Shown here one piece after another: positions 8,010-16,030 of a stretch of DNA of 64,000 bases. The DNA lies in IMG/VR virus record IMGVR_UViG_3300040801_004532, positions 62,001-126,000 of that record. The stretch is one strand, 5' to 3'. Made by a program: the position numbers and the translations under genes. Position 1 is the first letter of the stretch; the number at the start of each line of letters is the position of its first letter. The notes below the pieces were generated by a model that saw nothing but the letters and a program-made list of their open reading frames with translations, searched no databases and was not told where the DNA came from.

Positions 8010-8029
8010 TTTCATTAAAGGAGTATAGA

Positions 8030-8290
8030 ATGAAAATCAAAGCTGGAATGTTGGTGATTCCAATTTCTTTAGAAAAAACAAGACGTAAATATGGGTCAGC
8101 TCCAGGGATGCAAAGAGCTATTAACCAAAAGAAAAAACTAAAGGTTCAATCCCCAAAATATGAATATGAGGAAGCGGACCTAATAAAGGCCGGTGGATGG
8201 TATTGGGATCCAAAGGATCTCCAGGTAATAATAACAAAGAAACAAGTCCACAAGCCGATTCATTTCTCTCCAGAAATGCTAATGGAGTAA
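8030..8290 (+). CDS. small SH3/KOW-like protein, C-terminal FxxxxL motif family
   Basis: AAGGAG SD; MKIKAGMLVIP...FSPEMLME. Confidence 0.65.
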   Translation: MKIKAGMLVIPISLEKTRRKYGSAPGMQRAINQKKKLKVQSPKYEYEEADLIKAGGWYWDPKDLQVIITKKQVHKPIHFSPEMLME

Positions 8291-8293
8291 AAC

Positions 8294-8803
8294 ATGGATA
8301 AGAAAAAGGAACAAAAACTTTTAGAAGAGTTTCCAGATATATTCAGGGATTATTATGAAAAAGATATAACCCAAAGTTGTATGCCTTGGGGCATTTGCTG
8401 TGGTAATGGGTGGTATGATTTACTACGCCTTCTCTGTCTTGAAATTACGATATTAAGTAGAGATAAGAACATACAGGTAATAGCAGATCAAGTCAAAGAG
8501 AAATTTGGCGGATTGAGATTTTATTTTCATATTAAAAATCCATCTGCCAGTAAATTTTGGTGGGTGTTAAGAGAATTTTTTTATAAATGCAGATTAGGAA
8601 GACAATATAATTTCATACTCGATTTAAGAAGGAAATTCTGGAGATCAACAGAAGAAAAGATATTTGATATTGTCATGAAAGCAGAACAAGACTCATATAA
8701 AATATGTGAACAGTGTGGCCAACCAGGTAAAACAAGAGGTGGTGGTTGGGTCAGAACACTTTGCGAAAAATGTGAAAAAGATTACAAAAAAGATTACATA
8801 TGA
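8294..8803 (+). CDS. hypothetical phage protein
   Basis: CGNGWY...QVKEKFGGLRFY...CEQCG...TLCEKC. Confidence 0.7.
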   Translation: MDKKKEQKLLEEFPDIFRDYYEKDITQSCMPWGICCGNGWYDLLRLLCLEITILSRDKNIQVIADQVKEKFGGLRFYFHIKNPSASKFWWVLREFFYKCRLGRQYNFILDLRRKFWRSTEEKIFDIVMKAEQDSYKICEQCGQPGKTRGGGWVRTLCEKCEKDYKKDYI

Positions 8804-8878
8804 CCCCGTAGACTAGCGGCCCAGGTCAACAGCCTTTCACGCTGTAGCTCGCGGGTTCGAATCCCGCCGGGGTCACCA
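8802..8878 (+). tRNA. tRNA-Glu(UUC)
   Basis: ACAGC-CT-TTC-AC-GCTGT; complete cloverleaf, ACCA. Confidence 0.95.
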
Positions 8879-8898
8879 ATTTTATTTTAGGAGTAAAA

Positions 8899-9297
8899 GT
8901 GAAACCGAGAATAATTACCACAGAAAATAAAATTGTTTTACATCTTGAAGACCGCATTTTGTCAGTAGGGTTTTCAGATAAAGAAATCGTTATGGAAAAT
9001 ACTGATTTACCTTTGGATTACAAAAAAAGAGTAGAGGAACTAGAAAAGAAATTTTCTGAATCTAAAAAAGAATCTTTAACAAGTCCATGTAAGGATTGTC
9101 TTGTTAAATCATGTTGTAAAGATGAATGTGAATCCCTCTTTCTTTTCTTAAATCATTTAGCAGACTATGTTGGTGATTATACTATTGATGAGATTTTTTA
9201 TGTTAGAAACAATATTTCCCCAAAACTATTTGAATTAGCAATAATTATGAGAAAACGAAACGTTCGAATTGACACTTCGTGTTATGCGCCGCAGTAG
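8899..9297 (+). CDS. hypothetical protein with Cys motif
   Basis: AGGAG SD, GTG start; SPCKDCLVKSCCKDEC; stop lies inside tRNA-Trp. Confidence 0.6.
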   Translation: MKPRIITTENKIVLHLEDRILSVGFSDKEIVMENTDLPLDYKKRVEELEKKFSESKKESLTSPCKDCLVKSCCKDECESLFLFLNHLADYVGDYTIDEIFYVRNNISPKLFELAIIMRKRNVRIDTSCYAPQ

Positions 9298-9373
9298 TCT
9301 TAAACCTGTGTTGGTACCAGGGTTGGGCTCCAAACCCAATGACCAAGGGGTTCGATTCCTCACTGCGGTGCCA
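9288..9373 (+). tRNA. tRNA-Trp(CCA), enlarged D region
   Basis: GCCGCAG/CTGCGGT acceptor, TTGGG-CT-CCA-AA-CCCAA, G-CCA. Confidence 0.8.
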
Positions 9374-9391
9374 TTAGAAAGGTGAAAATAA

Positions 9392-9736
9392 ATGGCGACA
9401 AAACCTGTGGTATTTCCAGAATCATTTGAAAGGGATGTTCAAAACAGATCATTTAGTAGATCAATTGTCTATGCTGATCATCGAGTAAGAAAGGCATTTT
9501 TTGAAGCACTCCCCGCTGGGGCAAGAATACATTCATATATGGCTGATTATATTGTAAGAGACGCTGCCAATAAATGTGGTTATAAAGTAAAGAAAAATCG
9601 AAAGTTAAGGAGCCTTGTTTTAATCAAACCAGAATTTAAAGAACATAAGATGGACGACCATCCATTATTTGATCCAAATATGTTAGAACTGGAAGATTCT
9701 AATGAATCAACCGAAGCGTCTGACAGAGAAAAATAA
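9392..9736 (+). CDS. hypothetical protein
   Basis: ORF track; LFDPNMLELE motif near the C-terminus. Confidence 0.6.
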   Translation: MATKPVVFPESFERDVQNRSFSRSIVYADHRVRKAFFEALPAGARIHSYMADYIVRDAANKCGYKVKKNRKLRSLVLIKPEFKEHKMDDHPLFDPNMLELEDSNESTEASDREK

Positions 9737-9971
9737 AGATATATTTTTCAAACAAAAATTTTTAGATTATGAATTGTGTGTTTATTCAATGAGTTTTTTA
9801 TTTCGTGACGTAAAAAGATTGTCGTTGAAACATAATATTAGTATTTTATATTGTCCGCCGAAATCCTATGGGTATATGGTAAATGGTAGTACGTGTTTTA
9901 TGATTTTACCAACACCATTGCCAAAACAAAAGAAAATCCATATGTTCAATATAAATGAATTAATAACTTAG
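9702..9971 (+). CDS. hypothetical protein
   Basis: ORF track; ends MFNINELIT. Confidence 0.55.
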   Translation: MNQPKRLTEKNKDIFFKQKFLDYELCVYSMSFLFRDVKRLSLKHNISILYCPPKSYGYMVNGSTCFMILPTPLPKQKKIHMFNINELIT

Positions 9972-9974
9972 TAT

Positions 9975-10053
9975 GGTCGCGTAGTGAAGTCGGGTCGATC
10001 ACGCCGCCCTGTCAAGGCGGAGAACACGGGTTCAAATCCCGTCGCGACCGCCA
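9975..10053 (+). tRNA. tRNA-Asp(GUC)
   Basis: CCGCC-CT-GTC-AA-GGCGG; G-CCA. Confidence 0.95.
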
Positions 10054-10063
10054 TTTTTATAGT

Positions 10064-10139
10064 GGGCCGGTAGTTCAACTGGGAGAACGGCGCCCCTGCA
10101 CGGCGAAGGTTGAGGGTTCGAGTCCCTTCTGGTCCACCA
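10064..10139 (+). tRNA. tRNA-Ala(UGC)
   Basis: G3.U70 in GGGCCGG/CTGGTCC; loop CC-TGC-AC (C33). Confidence 0.9.
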
Positions 10140-10161
10140 ATTTAAAATAAAGGAAAATCTA

Positions 10162-10545
10162 GTGAATCTCAGAGAAGTACCACAAACACTTGACTCATTT
10201 AAACAAATTATCCTGAATTATAGCTTTTATGATATAATCGAAGGGGGATTTTTTGATAATCGAAAAGGTTATCCAAACCCCCCCAGATTAAGTATCTGTC
10301 CAACGTGTGGATCAAAATATAAGGATCCTGTAAAAAAAGCAAGGTTTGATAGACAACGCAAAGAATATAACGAAGAACAAGCGCGAGTTGAAAAATTATT
10401 CAAAGAAGCTCTATATCATTATTTTAGAATTAGTGACCATCCAAAAGCAAATGATGTATTTTGGCTAGCCTGGCAAAAAGGGCACTCCTCAGGTTTAACT
10501 GAGGTTTATAATGAATGTTGCGACCTTGTAGAACTTATAAAATAA
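10162..10545 (+). CDS. hypothetical phage protein
   Basis: AAGGA SD, GTG start; AWQKGHSSG motif. Confidence 0.65.
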   Translation: MNLREVPQTLDSFKQIILNYSFYDIIEGGFFDNRKGYPNPPRLSICPTCGSKYKDPVKKARFDRQRKEYNEEQARVEKLFKEALYHYFRISDHPKANDVFWLAWQKGHSSGLTEVYNECCDLVELIK

Positions 10546-10556
10546 AGGATACTCGA

Positions 10557-10982
10557 ATGAAAGAAAAAGACGAGTTAAAAAGAAATAAAAAATTTATGGT
10601 GTCGATTATTGCGTGGCCCATAATAACATTAACATTACTAATGTTATTGATTCTCTTGTTTACATCAGGAGTAGAATTAAAGACAAAATACTTTATTGGA
10701 TCTTTTGGGGTATTCTTCTGTCTAGGATTTGGATGGATAACATATCTTGAATATACAGTTGGTAAAGCATATTATAGAATATATTATCGTCCAATTGATA
10801 AATTCATAGTTAAAGAATATTCAAACTTTATGGCCTTGGTTGATTCAAATAATTTTGCACATGTATATAGAGAACAATCAGTAAGAGAAAAAATTAGAAA
10901 ATTAGAAAAAATTAAAATTTATCAATATTATACACTCAAAAAGAAAACAATTTCATATGAACTTGCCATACACGAACAGTAA
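10557..10982 (+). CDS. hypothetical membrane protein
   Basis: two TM segments; AAGGA SD. Confidence 0.6.
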   Translation: MKEKDELKRNKKFMVSIIAWPIITLTLLMLLILLFTSGVELKTKYFIGSFGVFFCLGFGWITYLEYTVGKAYYRIYYRPIDKFIVKEYSNFMALVDSNNFAHVYREQSVREKIRKLEKIKIYQYYTLKKKTISYELAIHEQ

Positions 10983-10987
10983 TAGAT

Positions 10988-11084
10988 GGGAGTGTAGCTC
11001 AATTAGGTAGAGCAGCCGACTTATGATCGGTATTTGCGCCGGATTAGCGCGAGGTTCGGGGTTCGATTCCCTGCACTCCTACCA
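10988..11084 (+). tRNA. tRNA-Ile(UAU) with long variable arm (97 nt)
   Basis: GGGAGTG/CACTCCT, GCCGA-CT-TAT-GA-TCGGT, extra GCGC-CGGATTA-GCGC hairpin, A-CCA. Confidence 0.8.
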
Positions 11085-11102
11085 AAACACAAAGGAAATC
11101 AA

Positions 11103-11402
11103 ATGGTCCAAAGAAAGAAATGGAAGGGATTCAGATTAGGACAAAAAGTAAAATTAAAGCATGGCATTCCCCATACTAGAAGCCATGGATGGCAAAGCCC
11201 AGATACTGCAAAAAAGCTTTTCGGGCAAACTATAACTGTCATTGATTTTCACTCTTCTGTTCCCGAGGCAATTAGGGTAGAAGGTAAAGTTCGGGGTGCT
11301 CCTTATGCTCGTTATTTTCATTATAAAGATTTAATAAAAGCTTGCGCGGTTAAAAGAAATTTGGATCCTGTTACCTTTAATCCAGAAGAATTGGAACTAT
11401 AA
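11103..11402 (+). CDS. SH3/KOW-like protein, FxxxxL(E/D) family
   Basis: FRLGQKVKLK...TFNPEELEL; AAGGA SD. Confidence 0.65.
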   Translation: MVQRKKWKGFRLGQKVKLKHGIPHTRSHGWQSPDTAKKLFGQTITVIDFHSSVPEAIRVEGKVRGAPYARYFHYKDLIKACAVKRNLDPVTFNPEELEL

Positions 11403-11406
11403 ACAC

Positions 11407-11482
11407 TGGCACGTAGCTCAGAAGGCAGAGCGGGTGGCTGTTAACCACCAAGTCGTAGGTTCGATCCCTACCGTGCCAGCCA
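11407..11482 (+). tRNA. tRNA-Asn(GUU) copy 1
   Basis: GGTGG-CT-GTT-AA-CCACC; G-CCA. Confidence 0.95.
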
Positions 11483-11498
11483 ATAAGAAAGGGTTGAA

Positions 11499-11789
11499 AT
11501 GACTGAAAATTCAAGAAATGATTTGAATATCGGAAGTAAGATTAAGGTTCATAAGGAAGTGCCTTATACAATACAAAAGGGTTGGCACTCAAGAATGGGC
11601 GATGTATTTTTAAATAAGACTGGAACCGTTGTTTCATTTCATCCTCATATCAGCGAAGCAGTAAGAATTAGAGCAAAAATAGATAATGAGTATAAGGAAC
11701 GATTTTTCCACTATAAAGATCTAAAAAAATTAGAAATAATAAGAAAATCAACCTCCGTTACTTTTAATCCAAAAGAATTAGAGATATAA
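11499..11789 (+). CDS. SH3/KOW-like protein, paralog of 11103..11402
   Basis: IGSKIKVH...FHYKDL...TFNPKELEI. Confidence 0.7.
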   Translation: MTENSRNDLNIGSKIKVHKEVPYTIQKGWHSRMGDVFLNKTGTVVSFHPHISEAVRIRAKIDNEYKERFFHYKDLKKLEIIRKSTSVTFNPKELEI

Positions 11790-11796
11790 CTATTAC

Positions 11797-11871
11797 TGGC
11801 GTGTAGCTCAGAGGCAGAGCTGGTGGCTGTTAACCACCGAGTCGCAGGTTCGATCCCTGCCATGCCAGCCA
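11797..11871 (+). tRNA. tRNA-Asn(GUU) copy 2
   Basis: near-identical to copy 1. Confidence 0.95.
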
Positions 11872-11906
11872 TATCAAAAAATTTTGTTTAATGAAGGGAG
11901 CCTATA

Positions 11907-12158
11907 GTGAATTTTAAAATAGGAAGTATGGTACGAATCTCTAATGGCGATTGTCGAGAAACAAAAGAAAGATTTTCAATGCCACATCCAATGCCCATGA
12001 TGAGAGGTAAGGTTTACAAGGTTGAAAATTGTCAACCTAATGACAATGTTACTTTAAAAAGTTATACTTGGGATATAAGAGATGTATTCCCCGCTGAAAA
12101 TGAACAAAAAAAATTCCCAGAACCCAAACTGTTCAATATAGACGAATTAGAAATATAA
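11907..12158 (+). CDS. SH3/KOW-like protein
   Basis: FKIGSMVRI...LFNIDELEI; GGAG SD, GTG start. Confidence 0.65.
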   Translation: MNFKIGSMVRISNGDCRETKERFSMPHPMPMMRGKVYKVENCQPNDNVTLKSYTWDIRDVFPAENEQKKFPEPKLFNIDELEI

Positions 12159-12171
12159 CAAGGAGAAATTA

Positions 12172-12462
12172 ATGCGAGAATTTAAGGCGAATCAATTAGT
12201 AAGGATAACAAAAGATTTAAAAGAATCGCAAACTGACTACACATTTGGCTTAGACGGTAATGGTATAATGTTATCAATGCAAGGAAAAGTTTTCAAAATA
12301 AACAAGCTTGGTGGCAATTTTAACAAGGGGGGAATATGGATAAAAAACCCCATTAACGATAACATATATATTTTTCATGAATCGGATCTAAAACTAGTTT
12401 CAACTAAACCAAAAATAAAAAAAGAAAAGCACGTTTTTGACTCAAACCAATTGGATTTTTAA
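12172..12462 (+). CDS. SH3/KOW-like protein
   Basis: FKANQLVRI...FHESDL...VFDSNQLDF; AGGAG SD. Confidence 0.65.
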   Translation: MREFKANQLVRITKDLKESQTDYTFGLDGNGIMLSMQGKVFKINKLGGNFNKGGIWIKNPINDNIYIFHESDLKLVSTKPKIKKEKHVFDSNQLDF

Positions 12463-12477
12463 GAACAAAATATAAAT

Positions 12478-12505
12478 AGCGGCTTAGCTCAGAGGTAGAG
12501 CATCT
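12478..12505 (+). pseudogene. tRNA 5' fragment (acceptor 5' strand plus D arm)
   Basis: AGCGGCT-TA-GCTC-AGAGGTA-GAGC-A, then abrupt loss of tRNA pattern before the HNH ORF. Confidence 0.7.
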
Positions 12506-12521
12506 AATAAGGAATTTCAAA

Positions 12522-13166
12522 ATGATATGTGAATGGTGTAAAGAAGAACATGATGGTAACTATGGGTCAGGAAGATTCTGTTCTAAATCTTGTTCAAAAA
12601 AATATGCTTCAAATATTAATTCCAAACAAAAAGGAATAAAAATATCTAAAGCAATGAAAAATAGATGGAAAAATGGTGGTCATATCCAAGATAGAAAAAA
12701 ATTAAAATTAATGATTAAAAAAGCAGCTAAGATTAAAAAGTTAAGAAGACAGACCTTACTAGAACATGGGGAATGGAAAGATTTGCCCTTAACTCTTAAG
12801 AAAAAAAGAGTATTAAAAGAGCAAAATGGCAAATGCTCAATATGTGGTATAAAAAGTTGGAATGAGAAACCTTTAATTTTACACTTCGATCATATAGATG
12901 GAAACAACAAAAACATTGACAGAAAAAATGTAAGATTTATTTGCCCAAATTGTCACAGTCAGACAGAAACTTACTGTGGAAACAAACAGAAATTACCACA
13001 ATTTGAGTATCTTAAAACCACAAAAGAAAATTTAAAGCTCCGTAGCTCAATAGGTTCAGAGCGCAGGACCGATAATCCTGAGGTTGTGGGTTCAATTCCC
13101 TCCGGAGCTACCACAAAATTCTTAAAGGAGTTTTTATGCCTGAGAATTACGAAGAATGTGAAATAA
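12522..13166 (+). CDS. HNH homing endonuclease (free-standing)
   Basis: CSICG...LHFDHIDGNNKN...RFICPNCHSQT; reading frame runs through tRNA-Ile(GAU). Confidence 0.85.
   Translation: MICEWCKEEHDGNYGSGRFCSKSCSKKYASNINSKQKGIKISKAMKNRWKNGGHIQDRKKLKLMIKKAAKIKKLRRQTLLEHGEWKDLPLTLKKKRVLKEQNGKCSICGIKSWNEKPLILHFDHIDGNNKNIDRKNVRFICPNCHSQTETYCGNKQKLPQFEYLKTTKENLKLRSSIGSERRTDNPEVVGSIPSGATTKFLKEFLCLRITKNVK
13036..13113 (+). tRNA. tRNA-Ile(GAU)
   Basis: AGCTCCG/CGGAGCT, CAGGA-CC-GAT-AA-TCCTG (C33), ACCA. Confidence 0.9.
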
Positions 13167-13333
13167 TAATAAAATTCAAATGTGTATCATGTAAAAGAGA
13201 AGTATGGAAAAGGATGAATCCTGACTCCATTGCTTCTGCAATATTAGAAACTGGAGAAACAAATCCTCCATCAACAGGATTACATATTTATTGTCCTGAA
13301 TGTGGATATCGTAACTATTTCAGATTTAATTAA
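13136..13333 (+). CDS. zinc-ribbon protein
   Basis: CVSC...CPECG; AAGGAG SD. Confidence 0.6.
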   Translation: MPENYEECEIIIKFKCVSCKREVWKRMNPDSIASAILETGETNPPSTGLHIYCPECGYRNYFRFN

Positions 13334-13334
13334 T

Positions 13335-13418
13335 GCGGACGTTGGAGAGTCTGGTACTCCATCAGCCTTCCAAGCTGACGCGCAAGCATCGCGGGTTCGA
13401 ATCCCGCCGTCCGCTCCA
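13335..13418 (+). tRNA. tRNA-Gly(UCC), extended variable loop
   Basis: TCAGC-CT-TCC-AA-GCTGA, 12-nt variable region, U73-CCA. Confidence 0.9.
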
Positions 13419-13440
13419 ACTCTTTCTAAGGAATTGTAAA

Positions 13441-13632
13441 ATGAAACCAAAAGAAATTTTAGAACAAATGGAACAATGTAGAAATGCTATTGGAAAAGAA
13501 CGAGATAAACTCAGAGATCTCGAAATTGAATTGGAGAGCCTAACAGAATCAATCGACGAGGGGTATGAAAACCTAGAATCAGCGATCGTGGAATTTAGAG
13601 GAGCAATCGAAAATTTAAGCGAGCAAACATAA
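13441..13632 (+). CDS. small coiled-coil protein
   Basis: heptad Leu/Glu pattern; AAGGA SD. Confidence 0.55.
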   Translation: MKPKEILEQMEQCRNAIGKERDKLRDLEIELESLTESIDEGYENLESAIVEFRGAIENLSEQT

Positions 13633-13637
13633 TCTAG

Positions 13638-13712
13638 GCGGGTGTGGCTCAGAGGTAGAGCGCCTTGCGCCCAGCGAGGAGACCGAAGGTTCAAATCCTT
13701 CCACCCGCTCCA
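13638..13712 (+). tRNA. tRNA-Gly(CCC), G at position 33
   Basis: GCGGGTG/CACCCGC, CCTTG-CG-CCC-AG-CGAGG, U73-CCA. Confidence 0.85.
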
Positions 13713-13752
13713 TTTTCAAATGCGGGAAAATGTAACGAAGAAAGACAGGAAA

Positions 13753-14127
13753 ATGAAACATCCATGTAAAAATTGTATTGTAAAAGTATGTTGTAAAAAT
13801 CAATGTCCAGAGTTTGATAAATTTTCGACTATTGTGGCAAAGTTAACTGTAATTAGTGGTATTACTCTTTCATTGATTTTGTTCATTCCATTATTCTATT
13901 ATATGACTAACAATGGATATGCAGGAGTTCCAGTATTAATGGTATGGACATCCTGTATGTTTTTTAGTAGAGTGATACAATTCATGGTATCAAAAAATTC
14001 TGATATTGAAACACAAGGCAGAAAAGACTTTTTTATTTCATTTATATTCGCTCCACCAATATTAGTTACATTTATTCTTATATTAATTTTAAAACCATTT
14101 GTACAAGCGGGTGTAGCTCAGAGGTAG
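13753..14127 (+). CDS. membrane protein with N-terminal Cys motif
   Basis: HPCKNCIVKVCCKNQC plus TM helices; stop inside tRNA-Gly(GCC). Confidence 0.6.
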   Translation: MKHPCKNCIVKVCCKNQCPEFDKFSTIVAKLTVISGITLSLILFIPLFYYMTNNGYAGVPVLMVWTSCMFFSRVIQFMVSKNSDIETQGRKDFFISFIFAPPILVTFILILILKPFVQAGVAQR

Positions 14128-14181
14128 AGCATGACGTTGCCAACGTCAGGGTCGTCGGTTCAAATCCGATCACCCGCTCCA
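14107..14181 (+). tRNA. tRNA-Gly(GCC)
   Basis: TGACG-TT-GCC-AA-CGTCA; U73-CCA. Confidence 0.95.
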
Positions 14182-14193
14182 GAAAGGATTAAC

Positions 14194-14559
14194 GTGAGTA
14201 CATGGAATACTTTAAAAAATAAGTTTAATGAAGAAAAAGAAATTTCAGCAAGTATAATATATAACAGATTTTCAGAAGCAAAAGGAACAAAGAGCTACAA
14301 AGACCTAGGAACAGTTACAGCATCAACAGTTAGAAATTATCTAAAAACGCTAGTGGGTTGTGGTTTTATTTCTCGAGAATATAAACATCTTTCTGATAAA
14401 AATTTATATGTTCCGGCATCTTCTGTATATATTTTAAAATACAAAATACCAGATAAATTAACCTATAACGAAGCAAGAAAACTATCGAAGAATCCCTGGA
14501 TGATTTGGTTTAAGTATCCAGAAATCCACATGACCCAAAAAAGGAGAGAAGGTGAATAG
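14194..14559 (+). CDS. winged-helix-like hypothetical protein (family of 3)
   Basis: GTG start after AAGGA; TVRNYLKTLVGCG...KIPDKL...WMIWF. Confidence 0.55.
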   Translation: MSTWNTLKNKFNEEKEISASIIYNRFSEAKGTKSYKDLGTVTASTVRNYLKTLVGCGFISREYKHLSDKNLYVPASSVYILKYKIPDKLTYNEARKLSKNPWMIWFKYPEIHMTQKRREGE

Positions 14560-15052
14560 ACTTTTTCGTAACTTTTTTAGAAATATAAAATGTGGCGTTA
14601 TTAATATTTTCCTTTGGCTTCCAGTAATATGGAAAGATAGATATTGGGATTATACATTTATTTATCATATACTTAGACGCAAACTCTATCTAACAGAGAA
14701 GAAATTCAGAAATGCAAATTTTTATGTTGGTCAAAAAAAAGACGCCGATAAAATGAAGATTTGCATTAACGCTTTAGATAGACTTATTGAAGATAGATAT
14801 GATGAACATGCTTTTAAAAAACACGATGAAAAATGGGGAAAAGCCGAATTTAATTTTGAACCCAAAGATGATAAAACCCCCGAGTATAAACAGTGTATTA
14901 TCACCCACAAAAATGTCCAGAGTGAAGAAGATGATAAAAAGGAAAGAAAGGATTTCAAACGAGCAGTTGAACACGAAGATATGCTGAGACAACAAGATTT
15001 GGATCTTCTGTTTAACACCATGCGAAAACATATTAGAGGATGGTGGGAATAA
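14552..15052 (+). CDS. hypothetical phage protein
   Basis: WLPVIWKDRYWDY motif; ORF track. Confidence 0.7.
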   Translation: MNRLFRNFFRNIKCGVINIFLWLPVIWKDRYWDYTFIYHILRRKLYLTEKKFRNANFYVGQKKDADKMKICINALDRLIEDRYDEHAFKKHDEKWGKAEFNFEPKDDKTPEYKQCIITHKNVQSEEDDKKERKDFKRAVEHEDMLRQQDLDLLFNTMRKHIRGWWE

Positions 15053-15070
15053 TCATGGAGATCAATAATT

Positions 15071-15325
15071 ATGGAGACAGAACAAAGAGGTGAGGACGAT
15101 ATTGCCCTAGATAAAGCAAGGTGGAAAAATCGTAGACGAATGGCGTGGATTTCCCTCATCTCAATGTTAATTGTAACCGGCTTAATTTTGTTTACTGACA
15201 TTGTTCCTGAATCAAGATTAACAATCCTCACAGAAGTTATTACATGGTTTTATTTTAGCTGTGCATCTATAATTGGGATGTACATGGGAGCAACAACTTG
15301 GGCAAACATAAAAGGGAATAGATGA
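15071..15325 (+). CDS. small two-TM membrane protein (possible holin)
   Basis: basic RWKNRRR followed by two TM helices. Confidence 0.5.
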   Translation: METEQRGEDDIALDKARWKNRRRMAWISLISMLIVTGLILFTDIVPESRLTILTEVITWFYFSCASIIGMYMGATTWANIKGNR

Positions 15326-15864
15326 AAGAAAACCCTGTTGAATTTGAACTAGGAGAAAATATACAAGTATCAAAGGACGAAATATTCTTTACTAAAAAGG
15401 ATACACCATCCATAGTTTTAATAAATCCGAAATATCCTCATAATGTAGGAGCAGCATTAAGAGCATGCTCTTGCTTTGGAGCAAAAAATATTATTTTCAC
15501 AGGGGACCGCGTTTCGTTGGAACCAAAGGGTGTTAAAGGATATAGGTTACCCAGAGAAGAAAGAATGAAGGGATATAGTGACGTCAAAATTATCAATGAT
15601 AACTACCCCTTCAATAGGTTTCCTAAAGATGTAGTCCCCATTGCTGTAGAAGTAAGGGATAACTCAGAAAGATTACAATATTTTGATCATCCAAGAAATG
15701 CAATATATGTATTTGGACCAGAGGATGGAAGTATTCCCCAAATAGCTTTAAAACACTGTCACAGGTTTTTATTGATACCAAGTAAGCATTGTTTGAATTT
15801 GGCTGCAGCGGTTTATCTTATTTTATACAAGAGAGCGGAACAGTGGGGGTTTCCAATAACTTGA
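15322..15864 (+). CDS. SpoU/TrmH-family RNA 2'-O-methyltransferase
   Basis: NPKYPHNVGAALR, VFGPEDGSI, IP...CLNLAAAV motifs. Confidence 0.85.
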   Translation: MKENPVEFELGENIQVSKDEIFFTKKDTPSIVLINPKYPHNVGAALRACSCFGAKNIIFTGDRVSLEPKGVKGYRLPREERMKGYSDVKIINDNYPFNRFPKDVVPIAVEVRDNSERLQYFDHPRNAIYVFGPEDGSIPQIALKHCHRFLLIPSKHCLNLAAAVYLILYKRAEQWGFPIT

Positions 15865-16030
15865 GTCTTCAAGCTAAATCCCTATATGGTCAAGCTTCGT
15901 TGGCAATAGTCCAGTGGCAACCAAGGCCAGAAATGGTGACGTAACCAATCGTCTTAAATAAGTGCTAGCTACTCAGTGAGTAAACCTGGCAAGAGGGTGG
16001 AAGGCCCTCAAAACAAAGAAAGGATCAATC

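Noticed and set aside
7787-8029. N-terminal extension of track ORF 7787..8290 (similarly 4812, 11034, 13333, 13642, 14131, 17230, 19714)
   Set aside because: These extensions translate RNA genes; SD-led starts lie downstream
15861-16011. SAM-I riboswitch
   Set aside because: GGCAACC and ATGGTG fragments are present but the 5' ATC(A/C)AGAG core and P1 pairing are missing
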